Of a stretch of DNA of 64,000 nt, positions 17,090 through 32,870 are shown piece by piece. The notes under the pieces are model-generated. The model had not been told where the DNA came from. It searched no databases and saw only the letters and a program-made list of their open reading frames with translations. The translations under genes and the position numbers were made by a program. The stretch comes from the human T2T-CHM13v2.0 reference genome, Homo sapiens, in the NCBI RefSeq assembly GCF_009914755.1, contig NC_060932.1; one strand, 5' to 3'. Within the stretch, counting starts at the first letter, position 1, and each line of letters begins with the position of its first letter.

Positions 17090-18120
17090 CTTAAATTTAT
17101 TATAATAACATACTTCATAGGATTACAGTCTTTTTGCCTTTATTAAGACTTGTTTTTATAGCCCAGCATGTAGTCTAACTTGTTGAATATTCCATGTGCA
17201 TTTGAAAAGAATTTTTAACTTTCAGTTATTGAACGTAATGTTCTATAAATGTCAGTTAGGTCAATTAGGCAGATAATGTTAAATTATCAATGTCCTTATT
17301 GATATTTTTAAGGTCTCCTTTTCCTTTCAATTACTGAGAGGTGATAAAATCCTCAACTGAGAATGCGGGTTTATCTTTTTCTCACTTTACCTTTGTCAAT
17401 TTTTGCTTTGTGTACCTTAAAGCTCCATTAGGTGCATACAGATTTTAAAATATTATGTATTCATGATGAATTTATTCTTATATTATTATGACATGTTGAT
17501 CCTCTTTATCTCTGGTAGTATTCCTTGATTCGAAGTCTGTTTTGTCTGGGATAGTAATATAGCCATATGAAGTTTTTTATTTGGTGATTTCCTTTCAAAC
17601 TATCTGAGTCTTTATGTTTAAAGAGAGTCCCTTCTAAAACACATGAATTTGTATCTTGCTTTTTAAAAATCCAGTTTGATAATCTCTTTTAATTGGAGTG
17701 TTTAATCCATTTACATTTAGTGTAATTATTGATATGGTTGTTTTCTGACTTTTGTTGTTTCTGGTGAGAAGTCAGCCAACACTCTCATTGTTTCCCTGTG
17801 AGGAATATGTCTTTTTTCTCTATTTTTCAGGCTTTCTTTTTACATTTGATTTTCAGCAATTTGAGTAAGATGTACCTATGTATGGTGTTTGGGTATTTAT
17901 TTTGCTTGGGTTCATTGAGCTTTTTGAGTCTGTATGTTACTGGTTTTGATCAAATGTAACAAATGTTTTGGGTTAATATTTTTCCAAGTGTTTTTTTTTG
18001 CCCCTCTCTCTTTTCTTCTAGGATGTCAATTTTACCTGTTATTGTTGTTTTGTTCATTTTTTTTTCTCCTAAAATTTTCCCCTTTGTGCTTTAGTTTGGG
18101 TGATTTCTCTTGACCCTTAG
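17090..18120 (-). mobile_element. Ancient L1M fragments
   Basis: Degenerate ORF1/ORF2-junction sequence (ttaattggagtgtttaatccatttacatttag). Confidence 0.6.
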
Positions 18121-18149
18121 TCTTAGTCTAGTGAGGTCTGAAGTCTTTT

Positions 18150-18460
18150 GAGTGTTAGTCTAGTGAGGTGGCTATAAAACAAAATATAGGTTTTAAACAA
18201 CAAAAATTTATTTCTCAGTTCTGGTGGCTGGGAAATCCAAGAGCAAGGTGCTGGAAGATTTGGTGTCATAGATGGTGCCTTCTTGTGGTGTTCTTACATG
18301 GTGGATGGGCAAGGCAGCTCTCTAGGGCCTCTTTTATAAGCACACTAATGCCATTCATTTTATCATCTTCAAAAGGCTCTCCACCTCAAATATCATCACA
18401 TTGGGGAATAGGTTTCAACGTATGAATTTTGAGGTAACCCAGACATTTAATCTATTGCAC
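18150..18460 (-). mobile_element. MLT1-type MaLR LTR
   Basis: aaacaacaaaaatttatttctcagttctggtggctgggaaatccaag ... tttcaacgtatgaatttt. Confidence 0.7.
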
Positions 18461-18722
18461 CTATCTTCATGTTCACCAATCCTACTTTTGTTGCTCTTTT
18501 CTGCCTTGTTTTCTTTTATATTTTGTCTGGAATTTATATTTGTAATCAGTAGGGGAATCAGCCTGATATGATGTAACTCATCATTACTGGAAGCTGGTGG
18601 CTTTTTGTTTCAAATAAAAGAAGATATAGGGATAAAAATATGGGAATACACTATGTTAAGAAAGCCCTCTCTGTTTTTCTTTTTTTTGGCCTATTCATCA
18701 TTTGTTTCATAAAAGTGAAACA

Positions 18723-19081
<359 letters not shown>

Positions 19082-19239
19082 TTATATTCATATTCCTTTT
19101 TCCATGAAATTACCCTCAGATAAGCAGAACTTTGTATATATTTGCCATTAATTGTTTCAGAATTAGAAAATATTTCTACCTAAAGACACTGGACATTAAA
19201 ATGTGTACATTTGTAGACAGCACTATCTGTTTTGTTTTT

Positions 19240-19470
19240 AACAGACACTTAACATGTGCCAGGTCCTGGTCTAAGCATTTTACATATATTAACTCATTTA
19301 ATTCTCACATCAACCCAATGAGGGAGGTATGATGATTGGCCCTATTTTCCGGATGAGGAAACCAAAGCACAGAGAGATTAAACCAGGAAGTAGTGGAGCC
19401 AGAATTTGAACCACGGCATTCTGGCATTATTAGAGTCTTGCATTCTTAACTACTTTGCTCTGCTACCTCT
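19240..19470 (-). mobile_element. MIR
   Basis: cattttacatatattaactcatttaattctcac ... gatgaggaaaccaaagcacagagag. Confidence 0.7.
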
Positions 19471-20024
19471 CTCAATTTCTGCTGTGTGTAATAATTATGC
19501 TCTGGGTATGTTTATACTTGTGAATTTCTCAAGTTTTTCAATAGTATCTACCCTATTGGATTATAAACCACTTCAAGAACAGGAATCACATACTCTCTAC
19601 TATGTCAGATACCCAGAAAAGGCTAAAACACAACTTTTCTTAGAAATCTTGCTTATAAATCCTGGGCAGTATTAATCATTTTTTTTCTTCTGTACTTACA
19701 GCTCAACATTTGCCTTTCTAATGAATGACTATTTTTTTTCTGCCTTATACTGCAGCTAGTAGTTTATAGGCTTGGCCCTCCCATTAGGTTGTGAGGTCAT
19801 TGTGGGTAGAGACCATGCCTTCATCAGGGAATGTTATTCCAGAACTGTGATGGTAAAAATATGCTCCTTTTTGCCAGACAAAGAATCTTTGCATATCCAT
19901 ATATTTATCTTATTTACAATGGGAATACTTTATATTTGTGTTTTACTTTCAGCTTTCCAAAGCCCTTTCATACCTACCATCTATTTATCTTTATGGAAAA
20001 AAATGTCATGAGCTTTCATTTATT

Positions 20025-20925
20025 ACTTCAGTAAATATTTCTTGAGCACCTATTATGTGCCGATTCTTAGTTGTTTAGGATATAGCAATGAACAAAACAA
20101 AGTCTGTCCTTTCATGTAGATTACACTCTTGTGAGAAGGTAAAGATAATAAACAAAAATAAATAATGTGCTAGGTGGTGATAAGTACTTCGAAGAAAAAT
20201 AATATAGGGTAAAGAGATAGAATATGGTAGAGAGTACTACTTTAGGTGGTATGATCTGGTAGGCATCTATAAGTAAGTAATATTTGAGTAGAGACCTGAA
20301 TGAAGTTAAGGAGCAAACTGAAAATATATGGAGTTTAGAAGAGTTCCAGACAGAGGAATTAGCAAAGACAAAGGCCCTTAAGTTGAGAAAAACAGCAAGG
20401 AGGCCATACTGGAAGTGGGAGAGAAATGAGATGGAAAGGTAGTTGTGGTGGTAGCATGTGTGGGAAGTAGACCATGGAGGGCCTTGTAACATATGATAAG
20501 GACTTCGGATTTCGTTCTAAGTTTGATGGAAATCATTGGAACATTTTCTACCCCAATGAGTAGTGACATCTGAATTATGTTTAAAAAGTTTAATCTGAAT
20601 GCTGTGTAGGGAATAGCTTATATGGGGAGCAAGAGTAGAATCAGAGAGACCAATTATGAGGTTGTTGAAAGAATCCAGGCCAGAGAGTTGGCTGCTTAAA
20701 CAAGGGTGGTAGTAGTGGAAGTGGTAAGAAGTGTTTAGATTCTGGATATATTTGAAGTTAGAACCAAGAGCCAAGCGAACTTGCTGAGGAATTTTTATAG
20801 CACATGAAAGAAGAGGAATTGGAATTATTCCCACATTTTTGGTCTGAGCAATATAGTGAATGTTATTACCATTTACTGAAATGGGAAACGTTGGCAGAAG
20901 GAACAGGTTGAAACAGGGCATATAT
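20025..20925 (-). mobile_element. L2 fragment
   Basis: aaatatttcttgagcacctattatgtgcc ... agattctggatatatttgaag. Confidence 0.7.
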
Positions 20926-21339
20926 CACTGCCTTTATTTTATATGTGAAGAAACTGAGACATATATAAAGACTTTTGATAAGCTTTGGGGGAAGAATTCT
21001 GGTTGCCTTACTGCTAGCCTCAGATTTCTTCTAAATAAATGTTTCAATTTTTTTTGTTATCGATTTTATCTATGGGATGATAACTTGTGTTCACTTTAAA
21101 ATTCTTTCAGAAGAAGAGTCTGACCAGGGATATTTCAAGAGTCTTTGAAGTTTTATATATTTTCTGGGATGGTAATGGTCAAAGAGCCTAGCATCTTGTA
21201 GGTATTGACTAATTGTTTTCTAGATTACATTTAAGGAAGATTCAATCTCATCTTCAACCTTGATATTCTCTTAAGGGAAATTATCTGTGTTGTAGTTCAG
21301 ATCAATTGCATGAATGAAAAATTGCAGTTTGTCTTTCAG

Positions 21340-21570
21340 AAAGTAGTGGTTAAGACTAGAAATAATAAGATCTGGGTTTGGACCCTGTGTCTACCCCTTA
21401 CTATCTGTGTAACTTTCAGCACATCACTCTATCTTTCTCAGCTTTAGTTTTTCCATCTGTGAAATGGAATAATGTCTCCTTTTCTCACATAATTATTGTA
21501 AAGATGAAATGGGATTATGTATACTTAATAGAACTAGCACACAACTGGCACATCAAACATACAATAAAGG
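21340..21570 (+). mobile_element. MIR
   Basis: agtttttccatctgtgaaatgga core, attgtaaagatgaaatg. Confidence 0.6.
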
Positions 21571-21695
21571 TTTACAGGGTCTGAATCTCAATAAAGCCAC
21601 TATGAGATGTTCACAAAAAATCTGTAGTAGAGAGAGTTTGTGGAAAAACTGTGTACTTAAAACACATATTCCTTTTTCCAAATTATGTGTATTAA

Positions 21696-22545
<850 letters not shown>

Positions 22546-23597
22546 TGTAAATGCTAAAAAACTAATGAATGTTTTGCAAGTTGGCCAATGTGTTTGCTGT
22601 TTTACAGTAGATTTGTTTGTTAAGGTAAAAATGTTCATTTTTTAAAGAAAAGTTTATTTCCATCTTCCTTTTTGAAAAATCCTTTTATAGGTAATTAACT
22701 TGAGATGTTAAAAAACAATTTATTTGCTAAATAATAATCACAAATTGCATTAATGACTAGGGTTCCATTTAGTTTCGGATTTATTTCAGGGGATAAGATT
22801 GTTATCTTCCCTGGAGTTCTTGCTGTCCTAGACTCACATGTTATATCAGTTAAACAGTGTCTCTGTTTCCATTTTCCTGTAAACCTCTAGAACATGGTCC
22901 CTTCTAATATTTTACCTTTACTTTGATTGTTAGTAAGACACAAAATGATTGTGTGTATGAGATCTCTATTGTGTATGAGATCTCTTTTTTGTGATGCAAA
23001 TAATTCATGGATTGGGTTCTATATGATACGGAACCCTTAACAGTTCTGTATTACATAGTTCTGAAACTAGAGGTACAAAATTTAGATCTTACAGCCTGTA
23101 TTATGGGAGATCTTATGATAATTCCAAGGGATACATAGCATCTGGACTACCTATGAGATCCAGCTATCTTTATATTCAATCTTCATCTATATAGTTTCTT
23201 CTTGAAGTAGGAAATTGAGGTAAGTTATTTAAAAATAGCATAAAATGAGATATAATTCAATTGTCTAACAATAGAGGAATTGGTAAATAAATTATTGTAG
23301 GTTGTTAGTATGGAACATTATGTAGCCACTAGAGTGTTTACAAAGAACTTTTAATGACACAAGAAAGCAATTATAACGTAGAATGTAGGCAAAACACAGT
23401 TTATAGAATTTTCTGTCAGCACATTTTTAAGGTTACAAAGAGATTATTATATAGAAAAATATCTGGAAGAAAATATGCAAAATGTTAAGTGTGTCTGCTT
23501 CTGGGTGGAGGAATTATGAATGATTGTTTTCATTTAAAAAATATTCTTCTGGATTTCCAAATTTTCTATAGTAACTATGTATAAAATTATGTTATAC

Positions 23598-26500
23598 GAG
23601 TTCTGAGATTAAATCAGTAACAAAAAACCTACCAACCAGAAAAAACCTTAGACCAGATGGCTTCATAGCTGAATACTATCAGATGTATAAAAAAGAGCTG
23701 GTATCAATTCTACAGAAACTATTCCAAAAAATTGAGGCAGGAATCTTCCCTAATTTATTCTCTGAGGTCAGCATCATTTTGATGCCAAAATCTGGCAGTG
23801 ACACAAGAAAAAAAGAAAACTCCAGGCCAATATCTTTCATGAACATAGGCACAAAAATCCTCAACAAAATACTATCAAATGAAATCCAGCAGCACATCAA
23901 GAGGCTGATCTAACATGATCAAGTAGGCTTTATTCCTAGGATGCAAGGTTTATTCAACATACATAAATCAATAAATGTGATTCATAAATACAACTAAAAA
24001 TAAAAACCACATGATCATCTCAATAGACACAGAAAAGGCTTTTGATAAAATTCAACATCCCTTTATGTTACAAACCCTCAACAAACTAGGCATCAAAGGA
24101 TGCCCGGGAATATACGTAAAATAATGGAACCATCTATGACAAACCCACAGTCAACATCATACTGAGAATGGGCAAAAGCTGGAAGCATTCCTTTTGAGAA
24201 CTGGAACAAGACAAGGATGCCCATTCTCACCACTCCTGCTCCACATAGTGCTAGAAGTACTAGCCAGAGCAATTGGGTAAGTGAAAGAAATAAAAGGCAT
24301 TCGAATAGGAAGAGATGAAGTAAAACTATCCCTGTTTGCAAACAATATGATTCTATACCTAGAACACCCCCATGGTCTCTACCCAAAGGCTCCTAGAACT
24401 GATAAACAACTTCAGTAAAATTGGTATACAAGATCGATGTACAAAACAGTAGCATTTTTTTACACCAGCCATGTCCAAGCTGAGAGCCAAATCAAGAATG
24501 CAATCCCTTTTACAGCAGCCACAAAAAAGAATAAAATAGCAAGAAATATAGCCAGCCAGGGAGGTGAAAGATCTGTACAATGAGAATTACAAAACACTGT
24601 TAAAAGAAATCGGTGGTGACACAAACAAATGGAAAAACATTTGATGCTCATGGACAGGAAGAATCACTATTGTTAAAATGGCCATGCTGTCCAAAGCAAT
24701 GTACAGATTCAGTGCTGTTCCTATCAAATTATCATTTTATACAGAATGAAAAAAAGATTCTCAAATTCATATGAAACCAAAAGACCCCAAATAGCCAAAG
24801 CAATCCTAAGCAAGAAGAAAAAAGCTGGAGGCATCACACTATCTGACTTCAAACTATACTACATGGCTACAGTAACCAAAACAGCATGATAGTGGTATAA
24901 AAACAGACATGTAGACCAATGGAACAGGTTAGAAAGCTCAGAAATAAAGCCTCGTACCTACAACCATCTGACCTTCGACAGAGTCGACAGTAACAAGCAA
25001 CAGGGAAAGGACTGTCTATTCAATAAATGGTACTGGGAAAACAGGCTAGCCATGTTTAGAAGATTGAAACTGGACTCCTTCCTTTTACCATATACAAAAA
25101 TCAACTCAAGATGGATTAAAGACTTAAACATAAAATGAAGAATTATAAAAACTCTAGAAGAAAATCTAGGAAATACCATTCTGGACATAGGCCTTGGCAA
25201 AGATCTCATGACAAAGACTACAAAAATGATTGCAGGCTGGGCACTGTGGCTCACGCCTGTAATCACAGCACTTTGGGAGGCTAAGGCGGGTAGATCACTT
25301 GAGGTCAGGAGTTCGAGATCAGCCTGGCCAACATGGTGAAACCCCATCTCTAGTAAACATAGAGAACAATTAGCTGGGTGTGGTGGCATGTGCCTGTAAT
25401 CCTAGCTATTCAGGAGGCTGAGGCAGGAGAATCTCTTGAACCCAGGAAGGCGGAGGTTGCAGTGAGCCAAGATCGCACCACTGTACTCCAACCTGGGTGA
25501 CAGAGCGAGACTCCATCTCAAACAACAACAACAACAAAAACAAATAAACAAACAAAAAACAAAAGCAATTGCAACAAAAAAAAAGTTGACAGGTGTGACT
25601 TAATTAAACTAAAGAGCTTCTGCATGGCAAAAGAAACTATCAGCAGAGTAAACAAACAACCTACAGAATGGGAGAAAATATTTGCAAACTATGCATCCAG
25701 CAGAGGTCAAAATCTAGAATCTATAAGGAACTTAAACAAATCAAGCAAAGAACAAACAACCCCGTTAAAAAATGGACAAAGGACATGAACAGACATTTCT
25801 CAGAAGAAGACATACCTGCAGACAAGCATATGAAAAGCTCTATTTCACTAATAATTAGAGAAATGCAAATCAAAACCACAATGAGATACCCTTGCACATC
25901 AATCAGAATGACTGTTACTAAAAAGTCAAAAAATAGCAGATGTAGGTGAGGTTGCAGAGAAAGGGGGACTGTTATACAAACTGTTGGTGGGAATGTAAAT
26001 TAGTTCAGCCATTGTGGAAAGCAGTTTAGAGATTTCTTAAAGAGCTTAAAACAGAATTACCATTCAACACAGCAATCCCATTACTGGGTATATATGCAAA
26101 GGAATATAATTGTTATACCATGAAGATGCATGCATGCAGATGTTCATTGCAGCACTTTTCACAATAGCAAAGACATGGAATCAACCTAGATGTCAATCAG
26201 TTGTGAATTGGATAAAGAAAATGTGGTACATATATACCATGGAATACTACAAAGCCATAAAAAAGAATGAAATCATGTCCTTTGCAGCAACATGGATGCA
26301 GATGGAGGCCATTCTCCTAAGTGAATTAATGCAGGAACAGAAAACCAAATACCACAGTGTTCTCACTTATAAGAGGGAGCTAAACATTGAGTACACATAA
26401 ACACAAAGAGGGGAACAATAGACATCAGGGCTTACTTGAGGATGCAGGGTGGGAAGAGGGTGAGGATCAAAAAACTATGTATTGGGTACTAGGCTCACTA

Positions 26501-26608
26501 CCTGGGTGAGGAAATTATTTGTATACCTAACCTCAGTGATACACAATTTACCCATGTAAAAAACCTGCACACGTACCCCTTGAAACTTAAAAGTTGGAAG
26601 AAAAAAAA
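23598..26608 (+). mobile_element. 5'-truncated old primate L1 (L1PA13-16/L1PB-like), ~3 kb
   Basis: ORF2 RT to C-terminal remnants (ORFs 23683, 25668, 26110), 3'UTR and A-tail at ~26600. Confidence 0.88.
25235..25560 (+). mobile_element. AluSx-like element inserted in L1
   Basis: Dimer with (CAA)n tail; degenerate TSD caaaaatgattgca / caaaagcaattgca. Confidence 0.9.
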
Positions 26609-26809
26609 GTCAGGTTGTGTATAGTAGTACTTCAGAAGACTGAACGTATTCTTTTATTTCTGCTCCTTCTGAAATCGTGCTTTTATTTCTGTTCCTTCTG
26701 AAATCACAGTAAAAGAGTAAAAACAGTATAAGCACATAAGGACAGAGAGTGCAGAGTAGAATAGCAGATTAGAAATATCAATAAATGTTTAGAAGATGGA
26801 AAGCAGATG

Positions 26810-28460
26810 GAAAACCTAGGTTATTTAAATCAACCCTTCCACTGAGAGGCTAAGTTATTCAACTCTTCCCCTGAAAATATCTAAAAATATTGGATAAAAT
26901 ATCTTTAAAAATCTTCCTAAAACATAACATATCTGATAAAACAGGCCAAAATATGTATGACAGTGGGAAAGCAGCATAGTTAAGTAGGACTCTGAAGGCA
27001 ATTATACTCTGAGGGTTTTACTGAACCTTATAAACAATTTCAAGTTTGATGACTTTTCAGGGCACAGAAGACAAAACTCAGGGTCCTCACAACCTTGGTG
27101 AGGAACCTCTCTCCCCTAGTAAATTATAATCCATAAAACTGGGACTCCAAAAGGTACCCTTCTCAGGGTAAGAGTAAAGTTACCTACCTGACTCCTGACT
27201 TCAAAGAGTTTGCAAGTAATAGTGTGTTGATGCTGAGTAGAGCAGAGAAAAACGTCCTTGAGAAGGTGTACATTTTTGCAACCAAAATTTACAACTGTTG
27301 GCTAGTCCAAAAAACAAACAAAATAACTCCCCCTGCAAAACAAAGAAACAAAAACTCTAACAAAAGACAAGCCATGAATATAGTTTAGAGTGATTCTAGA
27401 CTGATAGTACCCCTACATGTCTGGCAGAAATAAGAATAAATCCTCCCTGGAAGAATTCACCTTCTCTTAGGCCTCAAATAATTTTTACAAAAGTTTTCAA
27501 TGGAAAACAAAAGTTTGACAGTAGTTTATAGCACCAAAACAACTAAGATATCATGAATAAGAAGTAGAGGAAATAGGAAAAAAAATCAGTGAGACTTGAA
27601 CTTTTGGAAATTACCAGATGCAAAGTATAAAACAAGTATCCTATTATGTTTAAAGAACTAAAAGATGAACTTGAAAATATGGAACAGAAAACTATTAAAA
27701 ATGAGTTTATATTTGAAAAAGAAATAAGTAGAACTTACTGAAATAGAAAATTCAGGAATTGAAAGGAACAACTTAGCAGATTAGACAGAATTAAATAGAC
27801 AATGAATGAGTTACTGCTAGGTCAGAAGAAATTATCTAGATTGTAGTTTAGAGAGACAAAGAGATAGAAAATATGAAAGAGATATTAAGAGACATGAGAG
27901 ATAGGGTGAGAACATCTAATATACATCTGAACAGAGTCCCCAAAGGAGAGAAGAGAAAGAATGGAGTGGAAGCAATATTTGAAAAGTTAGTCACTCAAAA
28001 AATTTCAGAACTGATGAGAGACACCTACCCACAGATTCAAGAAGCCCATCATCTGACAAGCGTACTCAGCAGAAAGAAATTCATACCATAGTGTATCCCC
28101 ACCAGAGGAAATTCCAAAGAGAGTGTACTTCAGACAAAACAGAAATGTTCTGAGGCACAAGAAGAAGTAAAGAGCAAAGGAAGTAGTAAGTATATGGGTG
28201 ATTCTAAATGAATAAATGAATATTGAATATTCTAAATGAATATTGGCATTTTGTTTTATAACAAAATGCTATGTGGTTAAGAAGAATGAAAATACAGGAC
28301 AATGATAACATGTAAATCAGATGGAGAATAAGTGGAGTTAAAACCTATATAGTATAGGAGAAAGGTAAAGCAAAGTTGGATGTGGGGTTTTTAAAGTGTA
28401 AAGCAAAAACATTTAGAGAGACCCTATTTAAGAAAAATAACAATATTATGAAAAAAATTA
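26810..28460 (+). mobile_element. Ancient L1M 5'/ORF1 fragments
   Basis: ORF 27873-28091 resembles L1 ORF1 (DRVRTSNIHLNRVPKGE...PQIQEA). Confidence 0.65.
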
Positions 28461-28466
28461 GGTATT

Positions 28467-28897
28467 GTGTGTGTTTGCTTGGGCGGCCATACAGAATACT
28501 ACAGACTGAGTAGCTTAAACAGTAGAACTTTATTTTCTCACAGTTCTAGAGACTAGATGTCCAAGATCAAGGTGCCAATAGGGTTGGTTTCTGGTGAAGC
28601 CTCTCTTCTTGGGTTGCAGACAGCTGTTTCCTTGCTGCATGCTTACGTGGCCTTTCCTCTGTGCACACATAATGGTGGGTGGGGATGAGTAAGGAGGAGG
28701 GAGAGGAAGAGGAGGGGAGAGAGATTTCTAATGTCTCTCTTTTTACAGTGACACTAGTCCTAATGGATTAGGGCCTCACCATTATAAACTTATTTATTTA
28801 ACTTTACCTCCTTATAGGCTGTATGTCAAAATATAGTCACATTGGGAGTTAGGGCTTCAATGTATGAATTTTGGGGATACGCAATACAGTCCATAAA
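28467..28897 (-). mobile_element. MLT1-type MaLR LTR
   Basis: ttattttctcacagttctagagactagatgtccaagatcaaggtgcc ... gttagggcttcaatgtatgaattttgggg. Confidence 0.8.
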
Positions 28898-31800
28898 AGA
28901 TATTAATGTAAATATTTATTTAAAACAAGAAAATAAATTACAGCAAATTACAGATATAAGAAAGCTAACACCTACAAATTTCACAAAAGAAAGAAAAATA
29001 ATATATTTTTATTATTTTAATACTCTTTTCTCTAAATTTGTGGCTTTGTACTCTCTGATTGGCTCTAGATTTGATGATTTTATAATATAATTTTCATAGA
29101 ATAGAAAAAATAATTCAATCTTTTCTCTAGCGTGGTCGATTGAAATTTGGTTTTTATTTAAATTTAAAAAAGTTTTTGTCAACATCATAACTTATTGATA
29201 AAATATGCATTTTTCAATTATTGTCAAATTTTGGAAAACCTCTATCAATTTCTTTAATAATGTGCCATAGGATTTTTTGGTATTTGAAGATTTTTTTTAG
29301 GTAAAGTGACTAATTTTAACTCGCGTTTGAATTGACATCTCTAGTTTATTGTTGATGTCTTATTTAGTGAACATGGATGGGAGTTCTCTATTTTCTTCAC
29401 TGATGTCAGTACTTAATGCCAAATCAGAAATAAATTAATGAAAATCTCTGAATTAATAAGTAAAGAATTAATAAGAATAATGTGATTGGACAAGGTCATT
29501 TTAGACTGAGGAAAAGGCATAACAAAGGCATAGTTTGACAATGGCACAAAATTTAGTTTGAATAGAGTGTAATGTAGAGGTTAGGGCAGCAATATGATAG
29601 AAAAAAATATGTTAGAAGCAGGTAGGAAAGTGGGAAATTGGCAAAAATGTCAAATAATAGTGTCAACTAGATGAGAATCGACTATTGTGCCTTCACATTG
29701 GGAATAAAAGGGCTGTTGACATCTGAAAGACAATTTAGTGAAATGTTAAGATCAGGTAAACTGCCTTGGAATCCTAGCTCCACCACTTACTAATCTTACT
29801 TATTGAAGCAAATCATGTAAACATGTCCCCTATGCTTAAACTAAATGTAGTCTCAACTTAGTTTCCCTTAGCCACATCCCCAAAATGCCCACAGCCACTT
29901 GAACATACTAGGGGAATATGTGAGAGAAAGTAAGCAAGAATAGAAAGAGACAGGGAATTTAATCAACTGCAATTAAAATGTCTTATTTTTGCAAATTTTA
30001 TAAAAATATGTGACAAGGTGAACAGATAGGGCTTTGCTAGGCTTGGAAGGAGACTGGGCAAGTGAGAGTCCCTGAAATTTAAGCTTCACTATCGTATTGA
30101 TATATTAATCTTTGAGGTAACAATATTGATTAGCCTTAAACTTTGATATGCTTAATATTCATGTTATGATTTCTAGAGAAATCACCAAAGAATAAAAACA
30201 GGGCATATAATTAAATGATATGGGTTATTAGATTGAAAAAGTGAATAAAAATAGCTCACATCAAGCACATCATTATATCATTTCAGAGAAGCAAAGAAAG
30301 ATGATTCTAGAAGATTTGAGAGGGAAAAAAGTAATGTACTAAGGATAGAAAAACTGAATGGCATGAAATTTTTAACCTTAACAGTGAAATTAAAACAGAA
30401 CAGTAAGTTTAAGGTTTCAATGGAAAACATTTTTTTTTGATTTTGGATTCTCTTTCCAGCAAAACTGTATCAAGTATGAGGGTAGAATTAGGATGTTTTG
30501 AGATATATAAGGTCTCAAAAAATTTTGCTTCTGAGAAATTTTTTTCAGGAAGGCCTGGCAAAAGTTTAATCAAAACATGAGAGTAAACCAAGAAAGATGA
30601 TAGGAGAACCAGGAAACAGGAAAGTAATATAGAAGAGAGGTGAAGGGAAGTTGTGGGAAGACTGGAAGCAAGACTTAAGAGCAACTGGCTTAGAGTGGGA
30701 GAATGGTGTTCTAAAAAACCAGAAAAAAAGGAACTAGTAGATGTATATAGAGGAGTTTTATTAATTAATTTGAAGATTTTGCTAAGAAATAATTAGAGGG
30801 TTATGAAAACTAACCAAGTGAGGAAACAAGGCAATTGTCAACTCCAGGAATAATGAAATATTTTAAAAGAAAGGAAATATAGAGTGTTTTTTTGAAAAGT
30901 AAGCAATAAAAACACTGCACTTATGTAGTTATAATAAGGTGTATTAGTCCATTCTCATGCTGCTATGAAGAACTGCCCGAGACTGGGTAATTTATAAAGA
31001 AAATAGGTTTAATTGACTCACATTCTGCAGGGCTGCGGTGGGGTCCTTAGAAAACTTACTAGCATGGCAGAAGGGGAAGCAAACACATCCTTCTTCACAT
31101 GGTGACAGGAAGAATGAGAGCCGAATGAAGGGGGAAGCCCCTTATAAAACCATCAGATCTTGTGAGAACCTACTATCACGAGAACAACATGGGGGAAACT
31201 ACCCCTATGATTCAGTTACCTCTACCGTGTCCCTTCCATGACACGTGGGGCTTATAGGATTACAATTCAAGATGAGATTTGGGTGGGGACACAAAGCCAA
31301 ACCATATCATTCCTCTCCCAGCCCCTCCCAAATCTCATGTCCTCACATTTCAAAACACAATCATGCCCTTTCCAGCAGTCCCTCAAAATGTTAGCTCATC
31401 CCAGCTTTAACCTAAAAGTCCAAGTCTGAAGTCTCATCTGAGACGAGGCAAGTCCCTTCCACCTATGATCCTGTAAAATCAACAGCAAGTTAGTTACTTC
31501 CTAGATACAATGTGGGTATAGGCATTGAGTAAATACACCCATTCCAAATGGGAGAATTTGGCCAAAACAAAGGGGCAACAGGCCCCATGCAAGTCTGAAA
31601 TGCAGTGGAGCAGTCAAATCTTCAAGCTCTGAAATGATCTCCTTTGACTTCATGTCTCACATTCAGGTAATGCTGATGCAAGAGGTGGACTCCTATGGCC
31701 TTGGCAGCTCTGCCCCTGTGGCTTTGCAGGGTACAGCCCCACTCCAGGCTGCTTTCCTGGCCTGGCATTGAGTGTCTGTGGTTTTCCCAGGTGCACTGTG

Positions 31801-32870
31801 CAAGCTGTTAGTGGAGATGCCATTCTGAGGTCTGGAGGATGGTGGCTGTCTTCTCACAGCTCCACTAGGCAGTGCCTCAGTGGGGACTCTGTGTGTGAGC
31901 TCCAACCCCACATTTCCCTTCTGCACTGCCCTAGCAGAGGTTCTCAATTAGGGATCCACCCCTGCAGCAAAATTCTGCCTGGAAACCCAGGCATTTCCAT
32001 ACATCCTCTAAAATCTAGGTGGAGGTTCCCAAATCTCACTTCTTGACTTCTGTGCTTCTGCAGGCCCAGTACCACTTGTAAGGTGCCAAGGCCTGGGACT
32101 TGTACCCTCTGAAGCAATGGCCTAAGCTTTACATTGGCCCCTTTTAGCCATAGCTAGAGCTGAAACAACTGGGATGCAGCGAACCATGTCCTGAGGCTGC
32201 ATAGAGCAGGGGGCTCCTGGGTCCAGCCTACAAAACCATTTTTTCATCTTAGGCCTCCAGGTCTGTGATAGAAGGGGCTGCAGTAAAGGTCTCTGGAATG
32301 CCCTGGAGACATTTTTCCCATTGTCCTGGTGATTAACATTCGACTGCGTAATACTTATGCAAATTCTGCAGTGGGCTTGAATGTCTGCTCAGAAAATGAA
32401 TTTTTCTTTTTTTACAGCATTGTCAGGCTGCAAATTTTCCAAACTTTTATGCTCTGTCACCTCTTGAATGCTTTGCTGCTTAGAAATTTCTTCCACCAGA
32501 TACCCTAAATCATCTCTCTCAAGTTCAAAGTCCCACAGATCTCTAGGACAGGGGCAAAATGCTGCCAGTCTCTTTGCATAGCAAGAGTAACCTTTATTCC
32601 AGTTCCCTCCAAATTCCTCATCTCCATCTGAGACCACCTCATCCTGGACTTTATTGTTCATATCACTATCAGCATTTTGGTCAAAGGCATTCAACAAGTC
32701 TCTAGGAAGTTCCAAACTTTCCCACATCTTCCAGTTTTCTGAGCCCTTCAATTCTCCAGGAAGTGTCAAACTATCCCACATTTTCCTATCTTCTTCTGAG
32801 CCCTCCAGACTGTTCCAACCTCAGCCTGTTACCCAGTTCCAAAGTCACTTCCACATTTTTGGGTATCTTT

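Noticed and set aside
26651-26705. 29-bp-period tandem duplication (similar ones at ~18123-18169 and ~22950-22985)
   Set aside because: Ordinary slippage duplications with no further structure.
28900-29440. Possible hAT/DNA-transposon remnant
   Set aside because: Too degenerate to support without a database search.
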